A stretch of DNA of 64,000 nt, taken from sequence record PZ445134.1; one strand, 5' to 3'. A model generated the notes under the pieces. That model did not search any database and was not told the origin of the DNA. It saw only the letters and a list, made by a program, of their open reading frames with translations. Position 1 is the stretch's first letter. The number at the start of each line of letters is the position of its first letter. Source of the stretch: a phage. Both the position numbers and the translations under genes were made by a program. This document shows positions 9,687-19,446 of this stretch, one piece after another.

Positions 9687-10787
9687 TTACGCTGTGAAGA
9701 TTTTATCCCACATCGCAACAACTGCATCTCGGTTATACTTCTTCCATACTGCTTCAGCACGTTTAACTCGAGCTTCGTATGTGTCAGTGAATTCTAATAC
9801 AGCTTTTGTGTAAAGCGCAACTACTTCTTTCTTAGGAGTAGAGGAATCAATTTCTACACGCACAGTATCTGGGTCGTATTCGAATGTCGCATGAGGATAA
9901 TCCTTAAAAACTAACTGGATTACAGGGACACCTTTAGAAATGGCTTCAATAGAACTATTCTCTACTGTACCTGTGTCAGGACACGTATTAATAAGTGCTT
10001 TAGCTGTTTTAAGACGTTCCATGATTTCACTGTGTGGAGCATCAATAATAACAGGATATTTAGCTGGTGGTGCCCATTTACTAGGACAGTATCCTGCACC
10101 GTTTTCGCCTAGTGCTTTAATCGCTTCAAGAGCAACATCGGCGCGACGCATTTTAGTGTCATAACGTTGTGCACTAATAATCAGATCAGTCGCCGGAAGA
10201 ACTTCAGGTTTCTCATTCAAACAAATAACCGGATAATCTTCGGCTTCAAACAACGGATTTGCTCGCCAATAATCATAATCAATTTTGTCAGTCAGAGCTG
10301 AAGTCATATGGCAATATTTACGTTCAAATTCACGGAAGGCTTTAGTAGGAGCATAACTCTTACCACCATTCTTATGAATTTGAATAGTCTGGTCCCAAAT
10401 TTGAACAATGCCACGAGATACCGGTTCAAATGGTGTTGCCATAAAATTCTTATGAACTTTAGAGAGACCTGCGTCTTTAATTGCCTGAACGGTTAGTTTA
10501 GTCGGTTCCATAGTAACAACAAAATCGTATTCATGGATGCCGGCTAGTTCAACAATCTTACGAGCCATAGTATAACTCATACCTAGACTGAATTTAGTCA
10601 GATGACCAACAGGATGGTGTGTAACTTTCCAGTCACCAAACGTGTCATTATCAAAGCCGATATAATCAATATCAGCACCAATAGAAACTAAATATTTCAA
10701 CACATTTAAATGTACTGCTTCAAGGCCACCTTGTACACGGTCAGGATTAAATGGGACTGCACGAGATGGGATAAACATAACTTTCAT
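9687..10787 (-). CDS. GT-B fold glycosyltransferase (candidate DNA hmC glycosyltransferase)
   Basis: 366 aa; C-terminal ...TVENSSIEAISKGVPVI... resembles the E-x7-E / LEAMA-G-PVV region of GT4-type GT-B enzymes; no counterpart at this locus in T4. Confidence 0.6.
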   Translation of the reverse strand: MKVMFIPSRAVPFNPDRVQGGLEAVHLNVLKYLVSIGADIDYIGFDNDTFGDWKVTHHPVGHLTKFSLGMSYTMARKIVELAGIHEYDFVVTMEPTKLTVQAIKDAGLSKVHKNFMATPFEPVSRGIVQIWDQTIQIHKNGGKSYAPTKAFREFERKYCHMTSALTDKIDYDYWRANPLFEAEDYPVICLNEKPEVLPATDLIISAQRYDTKMRRADVALEAIKALGENGAGYCPSKWAPPAKYPVIIDAPHSEIMERLKTAKALINTCPDTGTVENSSIEAISKGVPVIQLVFKDYPHATFEYDPDTVRVEIDSSTPKKEVVALYTKAVLEFTDTYEARVKRAEAVWKKYNRDAVVAMWDKIFTA

Positions 10788-10805
10788 AATTAAGCCTTAT
10801 TAAAA

Positions 10806-10832
10806 TTAAAATGAAGCTCCCGAAGGAGCTTA
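10806..10832 (-). terminator. hairpin (UUCG tetraloop) overlapping gene 39 stop, followed by U-rich tract
   Basis: minus strand AAGCUCC-UUCG-GGAGCUU then CAUUUUAAUUUU. Confidence 0.45.
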
Positions 10833-12647
10833 GGACATCCATTCTTTACGAAGTTCTGAATCGTCACCCAACAACATTTCAAAGAGTTCTTTCCAATTTT
10901 CAGGAAGTTTAACTACGTCGTACACAGGGTTCTGAATCATTTCACGATATTCTGACTTTTCAAGGGAGCCTAATCCCTTGATGTATCGAATACTATGCTT
11001 AGGAAGTGTATCTTTAGCTTCTTCATACTCAGCTACAGTATAAAACCATTTTTGAGTTTTGCCAATTTGTGCAATAATTACAGGCGTTTTAACAAAGCGA
11101 ATACGTCCTTGTTCAAACAATTCGGGCCAATTACTAAAGAAAGCAAGCAAAGCTGGATAAATACTTCCAAGACCGTCATGATCGGCATCGGTCATAATTG
11201 CAATATTACGATAGTTTGTATTCTCTGCCTTTTCACCAAGAATAAGACCTGTGATAGCACAGATATCAAAGAGCTCTTTATTCTTCATCATATCAGCATA
11301 TGACATACCCCAGCTATTCATCACCTTACCACGTAATGGGAATCCGCCGTGTAGTTCACGGTCACGAACATCAATGAGATAACCAATTGCAGAATCACCT
11401 TCTGTTAAGAACAATGTCGTATCTGCATCTTTACCACATTGGTTAGCTTTAATATGTTTATGAACCTTAGCTTTAGTTGCCTTTTTAGCTGCTTTAGTTT
11501 CTGCAGCCTTTTCTGCTGCCAATTTACGAGCTAATGCTGCTTCAACAATAGGCATAATCAAGGCTTCGTTTTTAAGAAGCGCCTGAGCAATTTTCTTAGC
11601 ATCTAATTGGATATGATTACGAATATCACCATACGTTGACGTTAAACGTTCTTTAGTCTGAGAATCAAAACGCATGTTGCTCATGTCTCTAATAAACATC
11701 AACATTGTGAGACATTCTTTAACACGAGCTTTAGTGACTTCAATACCCTTATATTTCTTTTTAATACCCGGCAAAAGATGTTCGCAGATATCATCCATTA
11801 CACATTCAACATGATGACCACCATTTTTAGTATGGATGTTATTCACATAAGTTAAATGACGAAAGCCATCTGGTGATGTTGTGAATGCTATAGAGACTTT
11901 ATCATTTTCTTGAATGATGTTATCTTCGCCAAATTGTTTAGCAAATCGTTTAAAATTACCATCAACCTTTTTACCATTAAATGTGAACTTGATATCAGGA
12001 TAAACGACTGCCAATGTTTGAAGTCGGTCTAAAGTAATATCTAAATAAATTTGAGATAAATTATGTTCTTCAAATGAAGAGAAATCAGGAGTGAAGATTA
12101 CTTTAGTGCCTTTACCTTTAGATTTCTTAGATGACCATGATTTGTTTTCCATTCCGTTTGAACAGTTAACAGTGATTTCATTTTCGCCATCTGACGTGAT
12201 GCCTGTAAACAACGTAGAGAAGATATTAGTTAAACTACTCCCGACGCCGTTCATACCACCGGTTTTACGTTCAGAGTCATCACCAAAGTTACCACCGGCC
12301 TTTGGAATAGTCCAGGCTGCTACAGGCCCAGGAATTTGTTCACCATTTTGGTCGGTGACCATTGCTTGAGGAATACCACGTCCGTTATCTTCAACAGAAA
12401 CTTGATTATTTTTAATTTGCACATCAATTTTATTTGCAAACTTAAATGATGTACGAATAGCTTCATCAACCGAGTTGTCAATAATCTCATCGATTAATTT
12501 AACCAGACCAGGAACATATTCAACTTGTTGATATTTACCAAACAAAAAACGCTCGTGGGCTTCTTTGGCCGAAGAACCAATATACATGCCACTTCGTTTC
12601 TTAATATGTTCTACATCTGACAATACCTTAATTTCATTTTTAATCAT
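10830..12647 (-). CDS. 39: DNA topoisomerase II large subunit (GyrB-like ATPase; unsplit 39+60)
   Basis: 605 aa; GHKL ATPase motifs (DNGRGIP); length equals T4 gp39+gp60 fused. Confidence 0.9.
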   Translation of the reverse strand: MIKNEIKVLSDVEHIKKRSGMYIGSSAKEAHERFLFGKYQQVEYVPGLVKLIDEIIDNSVDEAIRTSFKFANKIDVQIKNNQVSVEDNGRGIPQAMVTDQNGEQIPGPVAAWTIPKAGGNFGDDSERKTGGMNGVGSSLTNIFSTLFTGITSDGENEITVNCSNGMENKSWSSKKSKGKGTKVIFTPDFSSFEEHNLSQIYLDITLDRLQTLAVVYPDIKFTFNGKKVDGNFKRFAKQFGEDNIIQENDKVSIAFTTSPDGFRHLTYVNNIHTKNGGHHVECVMDDICEHLLPGIKKKYKGIEVTKARVKECLTMLMFIRDMSNMRFDSQTKERLTSTYGDIRNHIQLDAKKIAQALLKNEALIMPIVEAALARKLAAEKAAETKAAKKATKAKVHKHIKANQCGKDADTTLFLTEGDSAIGYLIDVRDRELHGGFPLRGKVMNSWGMSYADMMKNKELFDICAITGLILGEKAENTNYRNIAIMTDADHDGLGSIYPALLAFFSNWPELFEQGRIRFVKTPVIIAQIGKTQKWFYTVAEYEEAKDTLPKHSIRYIKGLGSLEKSEYREMIQNPVYDVVKLPENWKELFEMLLGDDSELRKEWMS

Positions 12648-12690
12648 GTTGTCTCCTCGTTATGAAGGTATTCTATCATCCGAAATCTAA

Positions 12691-12713
12691 AGCAAAAAGG
12701 GCCGAAGCCCTTA
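12691..12713 (-). terminator. intrinsic terminator (GGGC-UUCG-GCCC + U5)
   Basis: minus strand AAGGGC-UUCG-GCCCUUUUUGCUUU. Confidence 0.55.
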
Positions 12714-13157
12714 TTTAAATTTAATTTTCTGAAGTGCATCAATTGCAGCCAAACGCCCTTGTTCACTTTTAACTGTAATGACCACATCACCTGATACGAT
12801 CACCGAACCATCAACAAATTCTACAGAGCCTTTTTTGAAATCGACAGATGTATCTGGTTCCGGAACTTCTTCAAAGAATTTAAATTCTGCACCATAAATC
12901 AGAATATCACCTTGCATACTATGAATAGTTCGGCCATAATCGCCTACGGCTTCTACAGCAATCACTGAAACACCATGACCAATCATCTCTTCCACAATAA
13001 AATCTTTGGACAATAAAGTAGTATGCAGATTAGTATTAAGACGTTTACCAGTCGTATTAAGAATTCTCAAGAAATTATCTTCCTGTCCTTTGATAATACG
13101 ATATTTCTTACCAACTTCAAAACCTTTAAAATCTTTAAAAGCCGTATTAAAAGCCAT
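12711..13157 (-). CDS. hypothetical protein (148 aa)
   Basis: ORF track; terminator immediately downstream. Confidence 0.5.
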   Translation of the reverse strand: MAFNTAFKDFKGFEVGKKYRIIKGQEDNFLRILNTTGKRLNTNLHTTLLSKDFIVEEMIGHGVSVIAVEAVGDYGRTIHSMQGDILIYGAEFKFFEEVPEPDTSVDFKKGSVEFVDGSVIVSGDVVITVKSEQGRLAAIDALQKIKFK

Positions 13158-13341
13158 AATTAACCCTTCTTAAGTAAGTCGTAAAAACCACCATTCACAT
13201 GTTTAGGAGCAGAAACCCGACGAGTAGACAGACGATGACATTCAGGGCAAACATCGTTTTCTCGTTCAGAAATCCTTTTAATTTTTTCATATTCATGACC
13301 ACAATCTTCAGATTGGCATTTATAGTCGTATAACGGCATTA

Positions 13342-13752
13342 TTATTCCTTAAAGTGAGCTTTCAACATTTGATACAAAGACCATGCCTGGTCGTTATTTT
13401 TGATAGTAATCGTCATCGCAGGAAATTCAGACAATTCGTCAAGTTCATCAGAATCTTGCTCTTCAGACGCTTGATATGGATTTTCAACTTCGTCAAAGAA
13501 CTCTGCTTCATTCGTGGAGAGCCAGATAAAGTTTTCATCAAGGATATCACCGCCTGTCGCGTATCCAACCGTGCCAGTAGATGTCACAATTTTAGTAGGA
13601 CGGCCAAGATGGTCAACATCTAATACTTTAAATGGTTCCATGCCAAGACGTCGTGCATAAATCCCATTATCAGTGTGGTCTTTAATAAACTCTTCTCGGG
13701 CACGTTTATCTATAAATTGGTACCATGAGTTAACGCGGAATTTATTAGCCAT
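13342..13752 (-). CDS. hypothetical acidic protein (~136 aa)
   Basis: ORF track 13342..13770; likely starts at second Met (MANKFRV...). Confidence 0.45.
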   Translation of the reverse strand: MANKFRVNSWYQFIDKRAREEFIKDHTDNGIYARRLGMEPFKVLDVDHLGRPTKIVTSTGTVGYATGGDILDENFIWLSTNEAEFFDEVENPYQASEEQDSDELDELSEFPAMTITIKNNDQAWSLYQMLKAHFKE

Positions 13753-13979
13753 TAGTAAGTTTCCTTCCAATAAGTTGTACCGTTTTCAGTGATTTCACGG
13801 AAGATACCATAGATAGGCATTTCATCACCGAGTTTTTCGTAAACGTAAACCACTTCGGTGTAGCATAAAAATTCGGTCCAGTTTTTCTGTACAACAACTA
13901 AATCAGGATTAAACAGAACATCTTCAAACTCATCGATGTTTGAATCGGTAGTTACGTTTTTAATGATTTGACGTTTCAT
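13752..13979 (-). CDS. hypothetical protein (~75 aa)
   Basis: ORF track 13752..14024; likely starts at internal Met after RBS AGAGGAG within the promoter/leader cassette. Confidence 0.4.
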   Translation of the reverse strand: MKRQIIKNVTTDSNIDEFEDVLFNPDLVVVQKNWTEFLCYTEVVYVYEKLGDEMPIYGIFREITENGTTYWKETY

Positions 13980-14036
13980 AATATTCTCCTCTTGTTTTGA
14001 TAGGTCTATAGTATCATAGACCATAGTTGTTGTACA

Positions 14037-14561
14037 TCATTTTAGCAAAATAAAATCAACTTGTTCTGCCAATGAACGTCTAAACATTAATTGACAACTT
14101 CCGAGGATGAAATCAGGTGCTTCATAGACCGCGATGTAGTATCCTTTAGCTTTCAAGAGTTCAACATCCACCTGGTCATCAAACCATGCATAAACCGCAT
14201 CAACACTTTCAAATCCAAAATAGAACCCTTTAGCCCAATCTTCACTCAATTCAAATGTGTGCTCAATTCTATAGTATCTTAAGATATTTTGTTCAAGGAG
14301 TTTGTCTTCGTTTACTGTAGGACGATTAGGGACATTATAGTTGTCGCCGTGATGGTAGAAGTTACCTGAGAGTATTCCATGCTTATCAAGGAACTCCCAT
14401 GTTTCTTCAGAGTTGTCGGTGCCCGACCAACCGTATGGCGAGCGAGGTTCTTTATTCCAAGAGGTTTCCCAAATTCTGACGGCTTTACCGTCTTCGATAG
14501 CAATTCCTGGCAATGATTCACATTGAGTACAAAAACTACGTTCTACGCGGTAAACTAACAT
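14037..14561 (-). CDS. hypothetical protein (174 aa)
   Basis: ORF track; promoter cassette upstream (~14575-14615). Confidence 0.5.
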   Translation of the reverse strand: MLVYRVERSFCTQCESLPGIAIEDGKAVRIWETSWNKEPRSPYGWSGTDNSEETWEFLDKHGILSGNFYHHGDNYNVPNRPTVNEDKLLEQNILRYYRIEHTFELSEDWAKGFYFGFESVDAVYAWFDDQVDVELLKAKGYYIAVYEAPDFILGSCQLMFRRSLAEQVDFILLK

Positions 14562-14620
14562 ATTATTCTCCTCTGGTTGATGTGGTTATAATATCAAAAC
14601 CAGAGGAGAAGTAAACAACT

Positions 14621-15040
14621 TTATGCAAAAGACGCTGGACAATATTTTTTGATTTGGAACTCAGGAACTACCATGAACTGACCAGCGAAAACGATGTTAT
14701 AAAGCTTAACACCATCTTCTACCCAACGGTCGCTAATAAATCCGGCGATTTGCTTAGTTTTCCATGGAGACCCATCAGTTGCAGCAGCAATAGTAAATTC
14801 ATGGTCTTTTACAACTAAAACTGATCTGCATAGTCCCCATTTGAACGCTTTTTCTTCTGGTTCAATGAATTGGCTTTTAACATAACCAATATTACCATCG
14901 GCGTCACGAACTTTAACTTCGTTACGTCCAAAAACCGGATCACTCACAGAAAGAACTTCAACCAACTTCCCGGCAACTTTAGAGCGAGAAGCAACAGATA
15001 CATATACGTAATCACCTGTAGAGAGATTTACAATATTCAT
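14621..15040 (-). CDS. hypothetical protein, tandem paralog A (139 aa)
   Basis: shares SRSK(A/V)AG(R/K)LVEV and GFISD(Q/R)WVEDG.KLYNIVF.G.F.VV blocks with the adjacent gene. Confidence 0.55.
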   Translation of the reverse strand: MNIVNLSTGDYVYVSVASRSKVAGKLVEVLSVSDPVFGRNEVKVRDADGNIGYVKSQFIEPEEKAFKWGLCRSVLVVKDHEFTIAAATDGSPWKTKQIAGFISDRWVEDGVKLYNIVFAGQFMVVPEFQIKKYCPASFA

Positions 15041-15049
15041 AATAATTCC

Positions 15050-15505
15050 TTAAGCTTTACGAGGAGACACATAGCGAGTGATTTCAGATTCTTTAACAAC
15101 TCGGAAGTCACCTAAGAATACGATATTGTATAACTTTTCACCATCTTCAACCCATTGGTCACTAATGAAGCCACACATAGTATCAGTTTTGCTTGGATAA
15201 CCATATTCGTCGATGAAGTCAAATTCTTTATCAGTCTGGAATTCAACACCTTTACACAAGGCCCATTTGAACTGTACATTAGGCTCATTGGAAGCAGAAT
15301 GAGCGCTCACAGGATTTTCCAAGAATTTAGGACTTACATAAGCGAACTGAACATCTTTTTGCCCAAAGTTATAAATGATTCGAACTTTAACTTCTTTAAT
15401 GCGTCCCATGCCATTTGTGCGAAGTCCCACCACTTCAACCAATCGTCCTGCAGCTTTAGAACGAGATACAGGCGATACATACTTAATTTCACCAATAGTA
15501 ATCAT
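15050..15505 (-). CDS. hypothetical protein, tandem paralog B (151 aa)
   Basis: see paralog A; RBS AGAGAGAGA; promoter cassette upstream. Confidence 0.55.
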   Translation of the reverse strand: MITIGEIKYVSPVSRSKAAGRLVEVVGLRTNGMGRIKEVKVRIIYNFGQKDVQFAYVSPKFLENPVSAHSASNEPNVQFKWALCKGVEFQTDKEFDFIDEYGYPSKTDTMCGFISDQWVEDGEKLYNIVFLGDFRVVKESEITRYVSPRKA

Positions 15506-15534
15506 AATTTCTCTCTCTTTGTTAAATTGAATTT

Positions 15535-15564
15535 ATTATACTCCAACCATCCTTGGTTGTAAAC
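15535..15564 (-). promoter_or_regulatory. early-type promoter cassette (GTTTAC ... CCAAGGATGGTTGG ... TATAAT)
   Basis: minus strand GTTTACAACCAAGGATGGTTGGAGTATAAT; same cassette recurs at 57599 and 58592. Confidence 0.5.
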
Positions 15565-15569
15565 TGATT

Positions 15570-16247
15570 TTATCGCTGTTTTACACTTAACGGGTCAGGA
15601 TTCTCAGGGACATCTTCAAGGCCAAGCGCATAACGCTGAGCATATTTTAACATCAAAATATCTTTAGCACAATCATGAATACTATCATGGGCAATGAATC
15701 CTTTTAACGTACCTATCGGTAATGGACACATACTTAATCCTCGTGTCAACGAGTAAGCTTCGATTGCCGTACGAATATCGCGTTGAGCCCAGAATTTAAC
15801 CGGTTCTAATTTATCAGTATCAATCTCTGGTTCAGGAACACCTTCATCACGATAGAGATCACGAATCAAATCGACCAAGATCGGGAAGTCAAAGCTCATA
15901 CCACGACACCACATCTGTGATTTCCATTGGTCAACTTTATTAGCTCGGCAATAATCTAAAAAGATTTTAATGCCTTCAAGCGTAGTGACATCGTCTTCAG
16001 ACGGAGCCAAGTTTTTACGTGCTTCAGCCGATTGTTCTTTCCACCATTTCATAGTGGATTTAGCGAAAACTCGCTTCCCTTTCTGAGAAGCTAAATTAAA
16101 TTTAATTCGCTTACCTCGTTGAACAAGTTCTTCAAATGATTCAACAACTTCAGGGTCGGAATTATATGCAATAACCGCAAGGTCAATAACAGCCGCTTTT
16201 GATGTATTGCCGAATGTTTCAAAATCTATAATAACATCAGTGCTCAT
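15570..16247 (-). CDS. dexA: exonuclease A (DnaQ-like 3'-5' exonuclease)
   Basis: 225 aa; N-terminal IIDFETFG exonuclease motif; synteny with dda. Confidence 0.8.
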   Translation of the reverse strand: MSTDVIIDFETFGNTSKAAVIDLAVIAYNSDPEVVESFEELVQRGKRIKFNLASQKGKRVFAKSTMKWWKEQSAEARKNLAPSEDDVTTLEGIKIFLDYCRANKVDQWKSQMWCRGMSFDFPILVDLIRDLYRDEGVPEPEIDTDKLEPVKFWAQRDIRTAIEAYSLTRGLSMCPLPIGTLKGFIAHDSIHDCAKDILMLKYAQRYALGLEDVPENPDPLSVKQR

Positions 16248-16256
16248 AATTTTCTC

Positions 16257-17570
16257 TCAAATAAAATGGACGTCAAACCGACCACGAGTTGTGCCAACAT
16301 ACAATAACTGTTTAGCTAATTCTGAATCGGCATAATGGATACACGGTGTATAAACAAAGGCCGTGTCAACAGACATACCCTGGGCCTTATGGAAGGTTGA
16401 TACTGGTAGTGCCTTCACCTTAGTGAACATACGTTTAGCATCCCAGAATTCGTTCCATGGAGCTTTACCACCTTTATTCCAAAATTTGTATGTTTCTGCG
16501 GTTTTAGCCAAAAACAAATTGAATTTATAAAGCTCTTCTTCAGAAGAAATAACCTTTATATCTTCGCGGATGTATTCTTCATCATCCCCATATGTTTCTA
16601 CTGTAAGATTCCAGTATCGTATCATATATTCACCTGAAACACCACGTGCTTTAACGAATGTAGACGTTTCTACAGCATCTCGAATACGAACGAATTGGCC
16701 GTTATTGAAAAGCATTTCGGTCATATTTTTACCATCTAGCTTATATGTCTTAGTAAATGGTTCTTGTAGAACAATGACTTCGTCTTTAACAAATGGTTTT
16801 TCTGTTTCAAGAAGTTTTCGGCGAATAATTGAATTTAACTTGTCCACCGACTTATTTGTGAATGCCATCATTCGATTTTCGAAAAGGTCTTCAGGAGTTT
16901 TAACGACGTTAAAATAGTTCATCATATACGATTTAAGGTCTGTATATCCATGAACACCGTGCCCATCAACTACTTTATCGTAAATCCATTTGCCGTTACG
17001 AATATCAGTCGCAACATCAATAATTGGTGCATTGCTACGTTTAACTTCTGTAAGGTTGCATTGCACGAAGTCTTTGTGTGTGAAGAAAGGACTTAGATAC
17101 GCAGTTGATTCGCCTGGGTCTACCGGACGAATCTGGCATCGGTCGCCGATTCCAATTACTGTACACCATTTAGGGATACTAGCTAACATTATTTTAAACA
17201 GAGAACGGTCGCACATTGATGCTTCATCAAATAACAGTACACGACACAAGGCTAAGTCGGGAACCTTTTTCTGTTCAAACAATACGTTTTCTTCGTATGT
17301 AGTCGGGTTGATTTTAAGAATGCTATGAATAGTCGATGCTTCTTGACCTGCGAGTTTGCTTAGAACCTTTTTAGCAGCATGTGTAGGGGCTGCTAAAATA
17401 ATACCTGATTCTCCAGAAGAAATAAGGGCTTCAACGATGAATCTAGTAAGGGTTGTTTTACCTGTACCAGCAGGCCCGTTAATAGTTACGTGATGTTTCT
17501 TTTCTTTAATAGCTTTCATAACAACGTTGAAGGCGTTTTTCTGGCCTTCGGTCAAATCATCAAATGTCAT
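16257..17570 (-). CDS. dda: Dda DNA helicase (SF1)
   Basis: 437 aa; Walker A GPAGTGKTT; T4 Dda length 439. Confidence 0.9.
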   Translation of the reverse strand: MTFDDLTEGQKNAFNVVMKAIKEKKHHVTINGPAGTGKTTLTRFIVEALISSGESGIILAAPTHAAKKVLSKLAGQEASTIHSILKINPTTYEENVLFEQKKVPDLALCRVLLFDEASMCDRSLFKIMLASIPKWCTVIGIGDRCQIRPVDPGESTAYLSPFFTHKDFVQCNLTEVKRSNAPIIDVATDIRNGKWIYDKVVDGHGVHGYTDLKSYMMNYFNVVKTPEDLFENRMMAFTNKSVDKLNSIIRRKLLETEKPFVKDEVIVLQEPFTKTYKLDGKNMTEMLFNNGQFVRIRDAVETSTFVKARGVSGEYMIRYWNLTVETYGDDEEYIREDIKVISSEEELYKFNLFLAKTAETYKFWNKGGKAPWNEFWDAKRMFTKVKALPVSTFHKAQGMSVDTAFVYTPCIHYADSELAKQLLYVGTTRGRFDVHFI

Positions 17571-17878
17571 CGTAAAGTCCCTGCAATTGGAATACTAACA
17601 ATACGGCCTGTGTCCAGGATTCGTTGATACAATTTTTGCGTCTCCGCATCTAGTTTAATGCGTTTCATTTCAAGCTTATTAAACCAGAACTTACGCGGAG
17701 TTTCGACCATTCTTAGAACTCCCATTTTTAAATCTGTTTTATACTGTGTTTTCAAAGTATCAAAAACTTTATCTGCAATATCCTTTCTAAAAAATACTGC
17801 AGGACGATGCTCATCAAGTGGAACCGGGACAGTAAATCCTTCCATATCTCGATAAACTATTGCATATACATAAACCAT
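17567..17878 (-). CDS. hypothetical protein (103 aa), dda.1 position
   Basis: ORF track; 4-nt overlap with dda start. Confidence 0.5.
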   Translation of the reverse strand: MVYVYAIVYRDMEGFTVPVPLDEHRPAVFFRKDIADKVFDTLKTQYKTDLKMGVLRMVETPRKFWFNKLEMKRIKLDAETQKLYQRILDTGRIVSIPIAGTLR

Positions 17879-17880
17879 AA

Positions 17881-18627
17881 TTAACCTTTAATCAGTTGGA
17901 ATAATGATGCGCTAAGTGGTAGGCCACGTTTCAATTTTAATTTACCAATGAAACCAATCTTTTCAAAACGTTGCAGACCTTGGATAACTTTATCATATGT
18001 ATCGAAAAGCGATTCAGCGTCAGTTAATTTAGTTTTAGTTTTCCAGTCAGAGCCTTTAAGAAGAACGTTGAGTTTAGTAAGTTCATGTCCTTCCGCTTGA
18101 TGTGAGCCGTTAATGCGTGCTTTCAAAGCAACAATTCTAAGTTTAGATTCGTTAGATAAAGGTTGATTTTTCATCATGTTCGCCATATGCTTAACACGAT
18201 TTTCACGTTTTGCTCGGATTTTTAAAATAGTACCATAAACCTTTTTAATTTGGGCCCATTTCTTCTCGTCGAGATTAAGTTTCTCTACTTTACGGGCAGA
18301 AGGATTAGCGATACGCCTTGCAATGGCATCACGTTTCTCAATAAGTTCTTCTAATGTTAAATCAGAACGAGCCGTGTTATATTTTTTCTTAACTGGGATA
18401 ACATTACCTTTAATGTAGCCGATATCGTTATTAAAACGTTCTAAGGATAATTTCTCACCTTCAACAGAGTTATTGAAAGATTCACCTGAGTAAGCGCAGA
18501 CCTTTTGATCAAGAATGTTTTTAAGGTAATTAAAGTCTAAGTTAAAATCCTTAGAGCGTCTCTTCGCAGAAGCTCTAGTGTGGTCAAGACGACGATTGAT
18601 TTTGTTAATTTTATTATTTGATAACAT
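17881..18627 (-). CDS. srd: Srd-like protein (sigma-related)
   Basis: 248 aa; N-terminus MLSNNKINKINRRLDHTRAS... resembles T4 Srd as recalled; synteny dda-srd-modA. Confidence 0.65.
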   Translation of the reverse strand: MLSNNKINKINRRLDHTRASAKRRSKDFNLDFNYLKNILDQKVCAYSGESFNNSVEGEKLSLERFNNDIGYIKGNVIPVKKKYNTARSDLTLEELIEKRDAIARRIANPSARKVEKLNLDEKKWAQIKKVYGTILKIRAKRENRVKHMANMMKNQPLSNESKLRIVALKARINGSHQAEGHELTKLNVLLKGSDWKTKTKLTDAESLFDTYDKVIQGLQRFEKIGFIGKLKLKRGLPLSASLFQLIKG

Positions 18628-18780
18628 AATATTTTCCTCTGTCTTACGGACGTTAAGGTCATTTAGCTGATAAGCTTATAATATCATGCCCTCAGGTAGT
18701 GTACACTCTTTTTTCGTAAAATGCTTTAATTTTTTATGTGTTATAATGGTTCTGAGTTCCATCCGGTTATTCCAATCCGG

Positions 18781-19389
18781 TCAGTAACCGACAATAGACA
18801 GATTCCAGATTGTATAACGCCCATCTTGAATAATAGAATCTACACGCAGTGTAGTCCCTATAGGGAGCATAAATTCACATTCGTCAGATATAAGTCTAGC
18901 ATTAGACCGTCTTGTCGCTTCAGGGAAAGCTCCATTGAACTCACAAGATGGTGCAGCCAGAATCATATTAAGCATATGTTCACGGAAGTTGAAAGCAAAT
19001 GGTGCATCTTTGATGCAGAACATATTAAATGTTCCATAAAAATTATATGAAGCGAAGTTACGTGCTACACCAAACACCGGACTAAAGCTCATTACTCTGT
19101 CAAATTTAATAATACTACCAATGCCTTTATCATCGAGTGTGGCCATAGTTTTCTTAGAGATTCCACGATACATTGTCTCAGGAACAGAAGACGTCCAATT
19201 TCTACGAACAATTGCACTTAAATCTTGTTGGATGCTGTCTGGCTTGTTTTCCATACATTGCCATAGTACACTTTGTTCAATGTCGCTGAATTGCTCATCG
19301 ATTTTGTACTGAAGCATATCTTGATAATCCGGGCATTGAGCACGTCGAACCATTTCTTCAATTTCACACTCGTTATACGGCATAAACAT
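18781..19389 (-). CDS. modA: ADP-ribosyltransferase (Mod family)
   Basis: 202 aa; R (YRG), S-x-S (MSFS) and E-x-E (ECEF) ART motif order; paralogous to adjacent gene; A/B assignment by position only. Confidence 0.6.
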   Translation of the reverse strand: MFMPYNECEIEEMVRRAQCPDYQDMLQYKIDEQFSDIEQSVLWQCMENKPDSIQQDLSAIVRRNWTSSVPETMYRGISKKTMATLDDKGIGSIIKFDRVMSFSPVFGVARNFASYNFYGTFNMFCIKDAPFAFNFREHMLNMILAAPSCEFNGAFPEATRRSNARLISDECEFMLPIGTTLRVDSIIQDGRYTIWNLSIVGY

Positions 19390-19446
19390 TTAGATTTCTC
19401 CTGTGGTTGATAAAGGTATAGTATCATCATCGGAAGAGTTTGTACA

